Shown: positions 34,778 through 44,508 of the stretch, one piece after another
Numbering within the stretch: the first letter of the stretch is position 1
Layout: the number at the start of each line of letters is the position of its first letter
Assembly (NCBI GenBank): GCA_048498835.1
Contig: JBEHXF010000003.1
Coordinates: 516-64,515, forward strand
Length of the DNA stretch: 64,000 nucleotides
Direction: 5' to 3'
Origin: Chlamydiota bacterium
Lineage (GTDB): Bacteria > Chlamydiota > Chlamydiia > Chlamydiales > SM23-39
The notes under the pieces: model-generated
What the model saw: the letters and a program-made list of their open reading frames with translations, nothing else
The model's database searches: none
What the model was told of the DNA's origin: nothing
Made by a program: the position numbers and the translations under genes

Positions 34778-36132
34778 GTTTTACCTTCAAATTTAGTTTT
34801 CATCTCTTCCAAATCTGGCAAGCCGAACTTTTTCGCTCCAGCTTTCAGATCGGGCATACTTTTAAATAACTGTTTCACTTTCTTGAAGCCTTTCACCATT
34901 CGATTCACATCGTCTAGTGGAACGCCACTCCCCTTCGCAATTCTCTTGCGCCGGCTGTGCTCCAATTCCACTTTCTCCTGTCGCTCATCGGGCGTCATCG
35001 AAAGGATCGTCGCTTCAAGCCGGTTGAATTCTTGATCGGAAAAGTCGAGATCACCCAACATTCCCATTCCGGGCAACATTTTCAAAAGACTCTTAAAGGA
35101 GCCCATCTTCCGCACCTTGCCCATCTGCTTTAGATAGTCATCGTAGGTGAAAGAGGCTTTCTTCAGCTTCTTTTCTAAATCCAAACTCTCTTGCTCGTCA
35201 AACGCGTCTTGCGCTTTCTTGACGAGATTAATCACATCACCCATGCCGAGAATTCGATCGGCCATTGAGCGAGGATTAAACAACTGCAGATCCGCTACTC
35301 GTTCACCCACCCCTTCAAATTTCAGAGGTTTTTGGGTCACTTCGCGAATCGAAATCGCAGCGCCAGCTCGGGCGTTCGAATCGAGCATCGTCAGAATCGT
35401 ACCGGTGATCTGTACTCGCTTGTCGAACTCTGCCGCCGTTTTCACAGCGTCTTGTCCCGTCGCAGCATTTGCGACAAATAATATCTCTCTGGGCTCTAAC
35501 AACCTCTTCATCTCTGAGAGTTGTTCCATCAACTCTTCGTCGAGGTGGAGCCTTCCTGCTGTATCGAGCAGCAGAACATCATATCCTTCGCGTAGAGCAT
35601 GCTCTTTGGCGAGCTGAGCTACGCGAACCGGATTCTTTTCCCCTTCCGCGGAAAAAACTGACAGTCCATGATCGGCAGCGAGTTTCTTCAACTGCTCAAC
35701 CGCGGCTGGCCGCTGCAAATCGCAAGCTGCCATGAGGACCCGCTTATGCTTCTCGGTCCGTGCAATGTAGGCGGCCAATTTTGCGCAGCTCGTCGTCTTT
35801 CCCGATCCCTGCAAACCGCAGAGCATCACAACCGACAGTTTCCCGTTTAAGTCGAGAGGGACCTCTTCTTGTCCCATCAAAGCGATCAACTCATCGTGCA
35901 CCAGCTTAATAAATTGCTGGCCCGGGTTGACCGACTTGACGACCGATTCGCCGAGCGATTTTTCTTTTACTCGCTTGATGAACTCACTCGTGACCGTATA
36001 GTTCACGTCTGCGTCTAGCAAAGCGAGGCGCACTTGTCGTACTGCATCGGAGATATTCTCTTCCGTCAGTGTCTTTTTTCCAGATAGCCCTGCAAATAAA
36101 TTCTGCAGCTTTTCAGTGAGAGAGCCGAACAT
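34768..36132 (-). CDS. ffh: Signal recognition particle protein Ffh
   Basis: GLQGSGKTT, DTAGR, Met-rich M domain (LKMLPGMGMLG). Confidence 0.95.
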   Translation of the reverse strand: MFGSLTEKLQNLFAGLSGKKTLTEENISDAVRQVRLALLDADVNYTVTSEFIKRVKEKSLGESVVKSVNPGQQFIKLVHDELIALMGQEEVPLDLNGKLSVVMLCGLQGSGKTTSCAKLAAYIARTEKHKRVLMAACDLQRPAAVEQLKKLAADHGLSVFSAEGEKNPVRVAQLAKEHALREGYDVLLLDTAGRLHLDEELMEQLSEMKRLLEPREILFVANAATGQDAVKTAAEFDKRVQITGTILTMLDSNARAGAAISIREVTQKPLKFEGVGERVADLQLFNPRSMADRILGMGDVINLVKKAQDAFDEQESLDLEKKLKKASFTYDDYLKQMGKVRKMGSFKSLLKMLPGMGMLGDLDFSDQEFNRLEATILSMTPDERQEKVELEHSRRKRIAKGSGVPLDDVNRMVKGFKKVKQLFKSMPDLKAGAKKFGLPDLEEMKTKFEGKTWR

Positions 36133-36178
36133 TCGAGTAAAATACTCCCATTATGAGGGCACAGTTTACTCGAGAAAA

Positions 36179-37012
36179 TCATTGCTTTTCAAGGAAAAAG
36201 AAGCGATCGTGTCCCGCCCAGTCTTTCTCCACCTCGGATCGGACCCACGGCCCACCCGCAAAGATTTTCTTGAGAACCTCTCCCTGCCCTGTACCAATTT
36301 CAAAATAGACTCGCCCGCCGGGATTCAATTTGTCGGGCAAATCAACGCTTAATCGCTCATACAATTCAGTCCCCCGCTCACCACCGACGAGCGCCAAGGC
36401 GGGCTCAAAGTCGCGGACCGAGGGGCTCAAATCTAAATATTCTTTACTAGTTATATAGGGAGGATTGGCGACGATTAAGTCTGCTTTTTGGCCCTGAAAA
36501 GGCTCCAACAAGTCCCCTTTTCTCAACTCAACATCGAGCCCATTTCGCTTAGCATTCGCCTCTGCCACCGCCAAAGCCCCCTCCGATAAATCGGATAAAA
36601 CGACCTTCAGCTCCGGAACGGCCTTTTTCAAGCCCAGGCCAATACAACCCGATCCGGTACACAAATCCCAACAAATTCCCGTCGGTTTCTGTTTGACAAT
36701 GAGATCGACCAAAATCTCCGTTTCGGGCCTGGGAATTAATACGCGAGAATCAATCTGTAAGTTACAGCCATAAAAATCAATCTCACCTACAATGTATTCG
36801 ACCGGCTCTCCCTTAGCACACCTCTTTAACCAGTCGCGCAGAGAGGCTAATTCCCGCTCTTCAACAGGTTGGTCAAATTGCATATACAGGTCGATTCGCT
36901 TCATCTTTAAAGCGCCCGCTATCAACTCTTCGGCCAAACGCCGAGCTTTGGGAATTTGTCGCTCTTGCAAAAAGGAGGTGGATAATTGGAGCACTTCGCC
37001 GAGCGATTTCAC
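36179..37012 (-). CDS. prmC: Release-factor glutamine methyltransferase
   Basis: [18 protein letters not shown]. Confidence 0.9.
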   Translation of the reverse strand: MKSLGEVLQLSTSFLQERQIPKARRLAEELIAGALKMKRIDLYMQFDQPVEERELASLRDWLKRCAKGEPVEYIVGEIDFYGCNLQIDSRVLIPRPETEILVDLIVKQKPTGICWDLCTGSGCIGLGLKKAVPELKVVLSDLSEGALAVAEANAKRNGLDVELRKGDLLEPFQGQKADLIVANPPYITSKEYLDLSPSVRDFEPALALVGGERGTELYERLSVDLPDKLNPGGRVYFEIGTGQGEVLKKIFAGGPWVRSEVEKDWAGHDRFFFLEKQ

Positions 37013-38073
37013 GAGGTCAGTTGTTCGTTATAAAAGTGATTGACGAGAGGAATGGTGACATCGTCCAAATCCCCTTCCATGATCCGATCCAATTTATAAA
37101 GAGTCAGCTCAATCCGGTGATCTGTCAGGCGGTTTTGAGGAAAATTATAGGTGCGGATTCGCTCGGAGCGGTCACCCGATCCCACTTGACTGGAGCGGAT
37201 TGAGGCCATCTCTTCGTGGGCTTTCCGGCGCATCTCTTCCGCGATTCGAGCTTTCAACATCCGCATCGCCTTATCTTTATTCTTATGTTGGCTTCGCTCG
37301 TCTTGGCAAGCCACCACGGTGCCTGTCGGGATGTGAGTAATGCGGACAGCTGAATCGGTTGTATTGACGTGCTGACCACCAGCGCCAGAAGAGCGGTAAG
37401 TGTCGATTTTTAAATCTTTTTCATCGATTTTGATGTCGTCGTCCTCATTGGGCTCCAACAACACGGCGATGGTAATGGCCGAAGTGTGCACTCGCCCCTG
37501 CGTCTCAGTCGCAGGCACGCGCTGAACGCGATGCGTTCCCGCCTCGAATTGCATCAGACGGAAAACGTTTTGCCCGGACATTGACATCACATATTCTTTC
37601 GCTCCACCAACCTCAGATTCAGCCGCAGACAGAACTTCTACCTTCCAACCCTTGCTCGTCGCGTAGTTGCGGTACATGCGGACGCAATCGCCGACGAAAA
37701 GAGCCGCTTCATCGCCACCCGTACCTGCGCGCAATTCCATGATGATATTGCGGCTGTCGCGTGGATCGGGAGGGACTAAGAGATTTTGAATTCGTTTGAG
37801 AGCTTCAGGCTGCCTGATCTCTAATTGAGCGATCTCTTCTCGGAGCATTTCGACCATTTCAGGGTCTTGCTCGCCAGGGAGAAGAGCGCGATTGTCTTTG
37901 ATTTGTTTTTCGATGGAGCGGAGCTCTTCCCAGGCCTCTTTTAATTCTGATAATTGAGAATGCTCTTGGGCGAGCTCACGAAACCGTTTTTGATCTGTTA
38001 GAATGTCAGGAAGGCCCAGCAACTCTTCGATCTGCTGCAGCTTTTCTAAAAGCTGCTGAACCTTTTGTTCCAT
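37009..38073 (-). CDS. prfA: Peptide chain release factor 1
   Basis: [19 protein letters not shown] and a PxT-type region. Confidence 0.95.
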   Translation of the reverse strand: MEQKVQQLLEKLQQIEELLGLPDILTDQKRFRELAQEHSQLSELKEAWEELRSIEKQIKDNRALLPGEQDPEMVEMLREEIAQLEIRQPEALKRIQNLLVPPDPRDSRNIIMELRAGTGGDEAALFVGDCVRMYRNYATSKGWKVEVLSAAESEVGGAKEYVMSMSGQNVFRLMQFEAGTHRVQRVPATETQGRVHTSAITIAVLLEPNEDDDIKIDEKDLKIDTYRSSGAGGQHVNTTDSAVRITHIPTGTVVACQDERSQHKNKDKAMRMLKARIAEEMRRKAHEEMASIRSSQVGSGDRSERIRTYNFPQNRLTDHRIELTLYKLDRIMEGDLDDVTIPLVNHFYNEQLTS

Positions 38074-38394
38074 TTACTTTTTCTTCTTAACAGTTTTGGC
38101 TTTTTCTCTGTTCGCTTCTTCTTGCTTCTCTTGAACCTTTTTCACTTCTTCCGTTTTGCGAGCGTATTTCTTCGTGAATTTATCTACGCGGCCTTCGGAG
38201 TCGATGAACTGGTTCGCTTTGGTGAAGAAAGGGTGCGATGCTGAGGAGATCGGCACGCGGACCAAAGGATATTCTTTACCTTCAAAGGAGCCTTTTTCTT
38301 TCGGCTGCAAGGTGCTGCCGATGACGAAGTTGGCGCCGGTGGAGGAGTCGATGAACAGGACATCTTGGTAAGGAGGATGTATTTTCTCTTTCAT
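38074..38394 (-). CDS. rpmE: 50S ribosomal protein L31 (type B, Lys-rich tail)
   Basis: MKEKIHPPYQDVLFIDSSTG.. Confidence 0.9.
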   Translation of the reverse strand: MKEKIHPPYQDVLFIDSSTGANFVIGSTLQPKEKGSFEGKEYPLVRVPISSASHPFFTKANQFIDSEGRVDKFTKKYARKTEEVKKVQEKQEEANREKAKTVKKKK

Positions 38395-38589
38395 AGGAAT
38401 CGATTCTCTTTAATGATGAAATTTCCCAACCAAATTACCCTATCCCCCTCAAAAAAAACAAGCAAAAGAAAAAATTTAAGAAAGGGATCGAGTGTCGAGG
38501 GAGGCCCCCGCCGGCCCCCATCGGGCACGGGCACGGGCACGAAATGGACCGCGCGCTTCGCCGCGGGAAAAGGATTCCCCCGACTTAGT

Positions 38590-38823
38590 CTATTTTCTCT
38601 CATTTTCTAGGGCGAAGATGGCTGATTGGGCGACTTGAAGACCGTCGAGGATCCCCTCTTCGTGGCGGAAATGGGGGTGGAATTCAAGGGCGGGAAAATC
38701 ATTGGGCTGGAGAAGGTCGTCGGGGGTGAGATGAGGGACGATCCGGCGAGCCTCGGCTAGGAGTTTAGACTTTTGCTGATCAATCAGCTGTTGAAGCAAA
38801 TGGAATAGGGGCTCTTTCTCCAT
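38590..38823 (-). CDS. Hypothetical small protein
   Basis: 77-aa ORF whose start overlaps the tadA 3' end by 44 nt. No motif recognised. Confidence 0.4.
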   Translation of the reverse strand: MEKEPLFHLLQQLIDQQKSKLLAEARRIVPHLTPDDLLQPNDFPALEFHPHFRHEEGILDGLQVAQSAIFALENERK

Positions 38824-39289
38824 CTTTTTTCTTCCTTGTTTGTTGGAAAAAATCTCGCATGAGGGCTGCTGCCTCGTCTTTTAAGATGCCAGAGGTCACC
38901 TCAATGGAGTGCATGGGGTGGTTAGCTTTAAAGAGATCGACCCAGGTACCGTTGGCTCCGAGGCGAAGGTCGGGGGCGGCCCAGACGAGCCGTTGGACAC
39001 GGCTCGCGAAGAGCGCGCCGGCACACATCGGACACGGTTCGAGAGTGCAATAGAGGGTCGTTTCGGTCAGGCGCCAATTCTCCAGATGCGTGGTGGCCGA
39101 TGTGATACAGAGCATTTCTGCGTGGGCCGTGGCATCTTGCAGAAGCTCGACCTGGTTGTGACCGCGGGCAATCACCTTATCTTTATGCACGAGGACGGCA
39201 CCAACCGGCACCTCGTCTTTTGCAAAGGCTTTTTTAGCCTCCTTGAGAGCCTCGCGCATAAAGTATAAGTCCCGCTCTTCAGGCGTCAT
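38780..39289 (-). CDS. tadA: tRNA-specific adenosine deaminase
   Basis: HAEMLCI, TLEPCPMCAGAL. Confidence 0.9.
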   Translation of the reverse strand: MTPEERDLYFMREALKEAKKAFAKDEVPVGAVLVHKDKVIARGHNQVELLQDATAHAEMLCITSATTHLENWRLTETTLYCTLEPCPMCAGALFASRVQRLVWAAPDLRLGANGTWVDLFKANHPMHSIEVTSGILKDEAAALMRDFFQQTRKKKDGERAPIPFASTAD

Positions 39290-40086
39290 CGAGAAGCCGA
39301 TTCGTTGAGCTTCTGCTGAAGAGAGCGAACTTGTTTCTTAAGCCCCTCAACATCGGTCGTATATTTTTTGAGAACGCCCGCGAGTTTTTGCTCATATTTT
39401 TCTGTCACGCGAGCCATTTCACGCTCGTGCCGTTCAATCGCCTTCGCGAGATCGTACTCTTTTTGGGAAGCAATGGCTTCTTGTTCTTGGCGAACCTGAG
39501 ACTCTTCCGCCTGTTTGCGGAGACGCTCAAGGATAGCGGGAGGAAAAACTACGCTATTGAGCATAGAGAAAAAATAAATCTTCTTCGGGTCAAATGTCTC
39601 TGAGCCGCCAGCGAGAATTGACTCGCTCTGCTCGATGGTGAGCGATTGAATTGCATCGAAATCGTCGTTGATTTTTGAAAGGCGCTCAGCAAAATGGCGA
39701 TAGAGATCTCCATGCCTAAAAACCCACCGATTCACCACCCATTCAGACATCTCCTCGTTGCCTTGCAGGAGCTCTTTTACAAATGCAGCGTTGATTTCTT
39801 CTGTTGTCAGCCTGTTGATTGGACGGCTGCCAAAATGCGTTTTGTAGAATGGGCCATCTTTTGGGAGATAGTCAGTCTTAATTTCTTTTTTAATCTCGAG
39901 GAGGATTTCATCCATCCAAGGTTGCAAAGCGTGAAATTTAGTTGTCATAGATCTCTTCATTAAAAGGAATTTGAGCATAGCACTCACCCCTCTCAAAATC
40001 AACACCTGACTCAACGGACTTGATCGTATTGTTAAATTCGGGTACAATGTTCCGTAGTTTAAGTCATAAACCATTGAACCAACCAT
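39286..40086 (-). CDS. Hypothetical protein with C-terminal coiled coil (start uncertain: 40086, 39978, 39960 or 39948)
   Basis: Long ORF overlapping the tadA start by 4 nt. The C-terminal heptad-like stretch is rich in Glu, Lys and Gln. Confidence 0.6.
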   Translation of the reverse strand: MVGSMVYDLNYGTLYPNLTIRSSPLSQVLILRGVSAMLKFLLMKRSMTTKFHALQPWMDEILLEIKKEIKTDYLPKDGPFYKTHFGSRPINRLTTEEINAAFVKELLQGNEEMSEWVVNRWVFRHGDLYRHFAERLSKINDDFDAIQSLTIEQSESILAGGSETFDPKKIYFFSMLNSVVFPPAILERLRKQAEESQVRQEQEAIASQKEYDLAKAIERHEREMARVTEKYEQKLAGVLKKYTTDVEGLKKQVRSLQQKLNESASR

Positions 40087-40107
40087 CTAATCGGAGAACT
40101 TCCCCAC

Positions 40108-40377
40108 ATGTCTTTAGATAAAGGTACCAAGGAAGAAATCACCAAAAAATTTCAGTTACACGAAAAGGACACCGGTTCTGCCGACGTTCAAATCGCGATT
40201 TTAACTGAAAGAATTGCTGAATTGACAGAACACCTCAAACTCGCTCCTAAGGACCATAGCTCCCGCTTGGCTCTCTTGAAGCTCGTTGGGCAAAGACGTA
40301 AGTTGCTCGATTACCTTAATTCTACAGACACCAAGCGCTATCAAAACCTGATCGTCCGCTTGAATCTGAGAAAGTAA
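40108..40377 (+). CDS. rpsO: 30S ribosomal protein S15
   Basis: ..[22 protein letters not shown]...[23 protein letters not shown]. Confidence 0.95.
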   Translation: MSLDKGTKEEITKKFQLHEKDTGSADVQIAILTERIAELTEHLKLAPKDHSSRLALLKLVGQRRKLLDYLNSTDTKRYQNLIVRLNLRK

Positions 40378-40388
40378 TAGCAACTATT

Positions 40389-40413
40389 TGAAGCGGGTCG
40401 AAGACCCGCTTCA
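40389..40413 (+). terminator. Stem-loop after rpsO (attenuating hairpin / processing site)
   Basis: tgaagcgggtc-gaa-gacccgcttca is an 11-bp perfect stem with no T-run. Confidence 0.5.
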
Positions 40414-40582
40414 TGGAAGGTAGAAAAGCGGGGATAGAGAACAGAAAAAAGCTTTTGACAGTTTGTCAAAAATTTCTTTCTGATTTCTATCCGTTTCCTT
40501 CCGACCCGTTTCCTAAAAAATGTTTAAGTCGGGCGTTTTCTACCTTTAAATCCAAAAAATTTGTGTACAGGAGAAAACCCAC

Positions 40583-42691
40583 ATGACACTAAAAAAAGAA
40601 ATTCTACACATCCCTGTTGGCGATAAAACGATCACCATCGAAACGGGAAAAATCGCCCGCCAAGCCAATGGCGCAGTCCTCCTCCATTGCGGAGAAACAG
40701 TTTTGCTCGGAACTGCTTGCGCAGCACCTACAGCAAGCGCTGAAATCGACTTCTTCCCCTTGCGCGTCGATTACCAGGAAAAATTTTCAGCTGTCGGCCG
40801 CACAGCGGCTGGCTTTATCAAACGCGAAGGCCGCCCCGCTGAACGGGAAATCCTCACCTGCCGCCTCATCGATCGTCCGCTCCGCCCGATGTTCGAAGAT
40901 GGCTACTACAATGAAGTACAGGTCCTCTCCTACGTTTATTCGTACGACACGCTCCACCAACCCGATGTTCTCGCAATCATCGCTTCTTCGGCAGCTCTTG
41001 TTATTTCCGACATTCCTCTCATCAAGCCGATCGGCGCCGTCCGCGTTGGCATGATCGATGGCGCATTTGTCATCAATCCAACGACAGAACAGATGAAACA
41101 ATCGAAACTCGACCTCGTTCTCGCTGGAACAGAAGACGCTGTTCTCATGATCGAGGGCTTCTGCGACTTCCTCACGGAAGAGCAAGTGCTCGAAGCGATT
41201 GAGACGGGCCATAAAGCGATTGCTGTCATCTGCCACCACCTCGCTCAATGGGCGAAAAAAATCGGCAAAGAGAAGAAACGCGATACACTCCGCCCCATTC
41301 CTCAAGAAGTGACGAATGCGGTTCACGCAGCGGCGGCTGACTTGATTGAGGCAGCTCTTCGCATCAGCGCAAAGCTAGAGCGTGAAAAAGCTCTCTCTTC
41401 GATCAAAGAAACGGTGATGGAGAAATTGCTCCCTGAAGATGGAGAAACAAATCCTTCAAAAGCAGATGTAGCTCTCGCCTACAAAAATCTCCAGTCTTCG
41501 ATCATGCGCAAAATGGTCCTGACCGAGAAAAAACGTCTCGATGGTCGCGGCTTAACCGATATCCGCGCAATTGATATCGAACAGTCTATCCTCCCACGCA
41601 CACATGGCAGCTCCCTTTTCACTCGCGGTGAAACACAGAGTATTGCTGTCTGTACACTCGGTGGCGAGACAACGGGCCAGCGCTTTGAAGATCTCCACGG
41701 AGAAGGTTTACAGCGCTTTTATCTCCAATACTCATTCCCACCGTTCTCGGTTGGCGAAGTAGGCCGTATGGGCTCTGCTGGCCGCCGCGAAATCGGTCAC
41801 GGAAAACTCGCTGAACGGGCACTTGCTGCAATCTTGCCAAAACAAGAAGAATTCCCGTACGTCATCCGCCTTGAGTCGAACATCACTGAGTCGAACGGCT
41901 CTTCCTCAATGGCGTCTGTCTGCGGCGGCTGCTTAGCGATGATGGATGCAGGCGTTCCAGTAAAACGTCCCGTTTCCGGTATTGCGATGGGGCTGATCCT
42001 CGAAGGAAAAGAATTCGTCATCCTCTCCGATATTCTCGGTGCGGAAGACGCTCTCGGCGATATGGACTTTAAAGTCACGGGTGACGATGACGGAATCACC
42101 GCATTCCAAATGGACATCAAAGTCGAAGGGATTACGATTGATATCATGAAAGCAGCCCTTGCGCAAGCCAAGAAAGGCCGCTCTCATATCCTTCAGAAAA
42201 TGACCTCGACCTGCCCATCACCCAAACAGGAAATGTCGAAGTACGCTCCTCGCATTGAAACGATGCAGATCAAGCCAAGCAAGATCGGTATTGTCATCGG
42301 CCCAGGCGGAAAGCAGATCCGCTCGATCATCGAAGAGACAGGCGTTCAAATCGATATCAACGACAGCGGCCTTGTCAGCATCGCCTCGACCAATCCCGAT
42401 GCGATGAACAAAGCAAAGCAGATCATCTTCAACCTGACGGCTGAAGTCGAAGTGGGCAAAGTCTACAATGGTCGCATCGTCTCGATGGTACCGTTTGGAT
42501 TCTTTGTTGAAATCTTCGGAAAAGAGGGGCTCTGCCACATTTCTGAAATTTCTCACACTCGCATCGCAAACATCCACGACGCGCCCTTTAAAGAAGGCGA
42601 TCGAATCGATGTAAAAGTGATCGATGTAAACGACCGCGGTCAAATCAAGTTGAGCCACAAAGCTCTTCTAGAGCAAGACGCTCGCAGATAG
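40583..42691 (+). CDS. pnp: Polyribonucleotide nucleotidyltransferase (PNPase)
   Basis: Two RNase PH domains (FPPFSVGE), KH (IGIVIGPGGKQIRSI) and S1 (G.V....FGFFVEI). Confidence 0.95.
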   Translation: MTLKKEILHIPVGDKTITIETGKIARQANGAVLLHCGETVLLGTACAAPTASAEIDFFPLRVDYQEKFSAVGRTAAGFIKREGRPAEREILTCRLIDRPLRPMFEDGYYNEVQVLSYVYSYDTLHQPDVLAIIASSAALVISDIPLIKPIGAVRVGMIDGAFVINPTTEQMKQSKLDLVLAGTEDAVLMIEGFCDFLTEEQVLEAIETGHKAIAVICHHLAQWAKKIGKEKKRDTLRPIPQEVTNAVHAAAADLIEAALRISAKLEREKALSSIKETVMEKLLPEDGETNPSKADVALAYKNLQSSIMRKMVLTEKKRLDGRGLTDIRAIDIEQSILPRTHGSSLFTRGETQSIAVCTLGGETTGQRFEDLHGEGLQRFYLQYSFPPFSVGEVGRMGSAGRREIGHGKLAERALAAILPKQEEFPYVIRLESNITESNGSSSMASVCGGCLAMMDAGVPVKRPVSGIAMGLILEGKEFVILSDILGAEDALGDMDFKVTGDDDGITAFQMDIKVEGITIDIMKAALAQAKKGRSHILQKMTSTCPSPKQEMSKYAPRIETMQIKPSKIGIVIGPGGKQIRSIIEETGVQIDINDSGLVSIASTNPDAMNKAKQIIFNLTAEVEVGKVYNGRIVSMVPFGFFVEIFGKEGLCHISEISHTRIANIHDAPFKEGDRIDVKVIDVNDRGQIKLSHKALLEQDARR

Positions 42692-42698
42692 GAGCTTT

Positions 42699-44507
42699 AT
42701 GGAAAGAGTCCTGGCAAAAGAACTGTCGCAGCACATTGGGAAACCGGTGCTGCTCCGCGGGTGGCTCAACAATACCCGCGCTTTTGGAAAACTCACCTTC
42801 CTCATTCTTCGCGACCGGAGCGGTTTTGCTCAGATCGTCATCGAGAATAGGGAAGAGTCGAAAAAACTAGAAGGTCTTCAGCCAGGCTCGATCTTGACTG
42901 TTCACGGCACAGCCGCCCTCTCACAAGAGGCTCATCTCGGCGCAGAAGTGGCAGATCCTAAAATCACCGTAGAAAATTCGATCCGCGAAGTTCCGCCGAT
43001 TGAGTACTACAAACCCGAGATCAACACCGATCTCGATTTCATTCTCGATCATCGCCCGATCGCTCTTCGTAATCGGCAAATTGCAGCCGTTTTTCGAATT
43101 CAGTCCGATATCGCCCATGCCTATCGGCTCTACATGCACGATCAGGTAAAAGCTTACGAGTATTTCGCCCCGAATATCATCGGCGCCTCTTCGGAAGGAG
43201 GAGCTGAGTTTTTCAATGTCGATTACTTTGGCCATACTGCGACCCTTGCGCAGAGCAGTCAGCTCTACAAGCAAATCATGGTTGGCGTCAATGAGCGGGT
43301 ATTTGCCCTCATGCCTTTTTTCCGAGCAGAACCATCCCACACTTCCCGCCACCTCTCAGAAGGGAAACAGTTCGAGTTCGAGATGGGATTTTTTAAACAC
43401 TGGCATGAAATCCTCGACATCCAAGAAGGATGCATTAAATTTATCGTCCAATACCTTCACCAGCATTGCAAAGCGGAAATCGAAACACTCGGCGGCCGAA
43501 TCATTTCAGCGCCAGCCAACGTCCCTTTCCCTCGCCTCACCTTTAAAGAAGCTCAGCAGCTCTATTTTGAGCGCACTGGAATCGACGAACGGCATGAACC
43601 TGACCTCAGTCCCGCCGCAGAGCGAGATCTCTGCGCCTGGGCCTCAGAAAAGCATGGAACCGATCTCGTCTTCGTCACCGACTGGAAAACGGTCAAGCGC
43701 CCCTTCTATTCTTACGCATCTGATACCAACCCGGATCTGACCAATACCTTTGACCTCATTTGCGCAGGCACGGAAATTACCTCAGGCGGCCAAAGGCGTC
43801 ACACCTATGAGTCGATGCTTGAAGGACTTCGCCTGAAAGAAATGGAACCGGCAAACTTCACCGACTACCTCAGCATTTTTAAATATGGCATGCCACCACA
43901 CGGTGGATTCGGTATGGGTCTGGAGCGACTCACCATGACACTCCTCAAGCTGAAAAATGTCCGCGAGGCGTCTCTTTTCCCCTCAGATACAAAGAGAATC
44001 GCCGGCAACAGGATCAAAGCGAATATCTTCTTCGGAGGCGAAAACATCCGCAATGAGATCATCCGTCAACTCAATCAACATAAATTCGCCTTCACGCATC
44101 TCAAGCATGAGGCGACTCCTACCTCGCAAGATTCGGCTCGCGTTCGCAATACCAAGATGGAAGAGGGTGTTAAGGCTCTCATCGTCCGTGGTAAGTCGAC
44201 CAAAAAGAACTACCAGTTCAATATCCCCTCTCACCTCAAGCTCGATATGAAAGCGGTGCAGGAAGCGGTTGGCGAAAAATGTGAATTCGAAGATCCTCTT
44301 GTCATTCAAGAGCGATTTGGCTTGCCTGTCGGTGGCGTTCCTCCGTTTGGCAATCTGATCAATCTCGACAACTACTTCGATGAGAAAATCTCACATGAAG
44401 AACGGGCTGTATTCAACTGCGGCCTTACGACTGAATCGATCTTAATGAACTCGAAAGATTTGATCCAACTCGCTGAACCAAAATTCGGTCCATTTAGTAA
44501 GACCTAA
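42699..44507 (+). CDS. Archaeal/eukaryote-type aspartyl(asparaginyl)-tRNA synthetase fused to C-terminal YbaK/ProX-like deacylase domain
   Basis: OB domain LLRGWLNNTRAFGKLTFLILRDRSG. SSQLYKQ. Motif 2 FRAEPSHTSRHLSE. GGQRRH. Motif 3 GMPPHGGFGMGLERL. From about residue 445: HEATPTSQDSA..GVKALIV....LDMKAV..AVG.K.EF......ERFGLPVGGVPPFG. Confidence 0.8.
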   Translation: MERVLAKELSQHIGKPVLLRGWLNNTRAFGKLTFLILRDRSGFAQIVIENREESKKLEGLQPGSILTVHGTAALSQEAHLGAEVADPKITVENSIREVPPIEYYKPEINTDLDFILDHRPIALRNRQIAAVFRIQSDIAHAYRLYMHDQVKAYEYFAPNIIGASSEGGAEFFNVDYFGHTATLAQSSQLYKQIMVGVNERVFALMPFFRAEPSHTSRHLSEGKQFEFEMGFFKHWHEILDIQEGCIKFIVQYLHQHCKAEIETLGGRIISAPANVPFPRLTFKEAQQLYFERTGIDERHEPDLSPAAERDLCAWASEKHGTDLVFVTDWKTVKRPFYSYASDTNPDLTNTFDLICAGTEITSGGQRRHTYESMLEGLRLKEMEPANFTDYLSIFKYGMPPHGGFGMGLERLTMTLLKLKNVREASLFPSDTKRIAGNRIKANIFFGGENIRNEIIRQLNQHKFAFTHLKHEATPTSQDSARVRNTKMEEGVKALIVRGKSTKKNYQFNIPSHLKLDMKAVQEAVGEKCEFEDPLVIQERFGLPVGGVPPFGNLINLDNYFDEKISHEERAVFNCGLTTESILMNSKDLIQLAEPKFGPFSKT

Positions 44508-44508
44508 T

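Noticed and set aside
38365-38610. Two mutually antisense ORFs (81 and 70 aa) upstream of rpmE, containing a (gggcac)3 micro-repeat.
   Set aside because: They overlap each other completely, are Arg/Pro/Gly-rich and low in complexity, and fall in a probable promoter/leader region.
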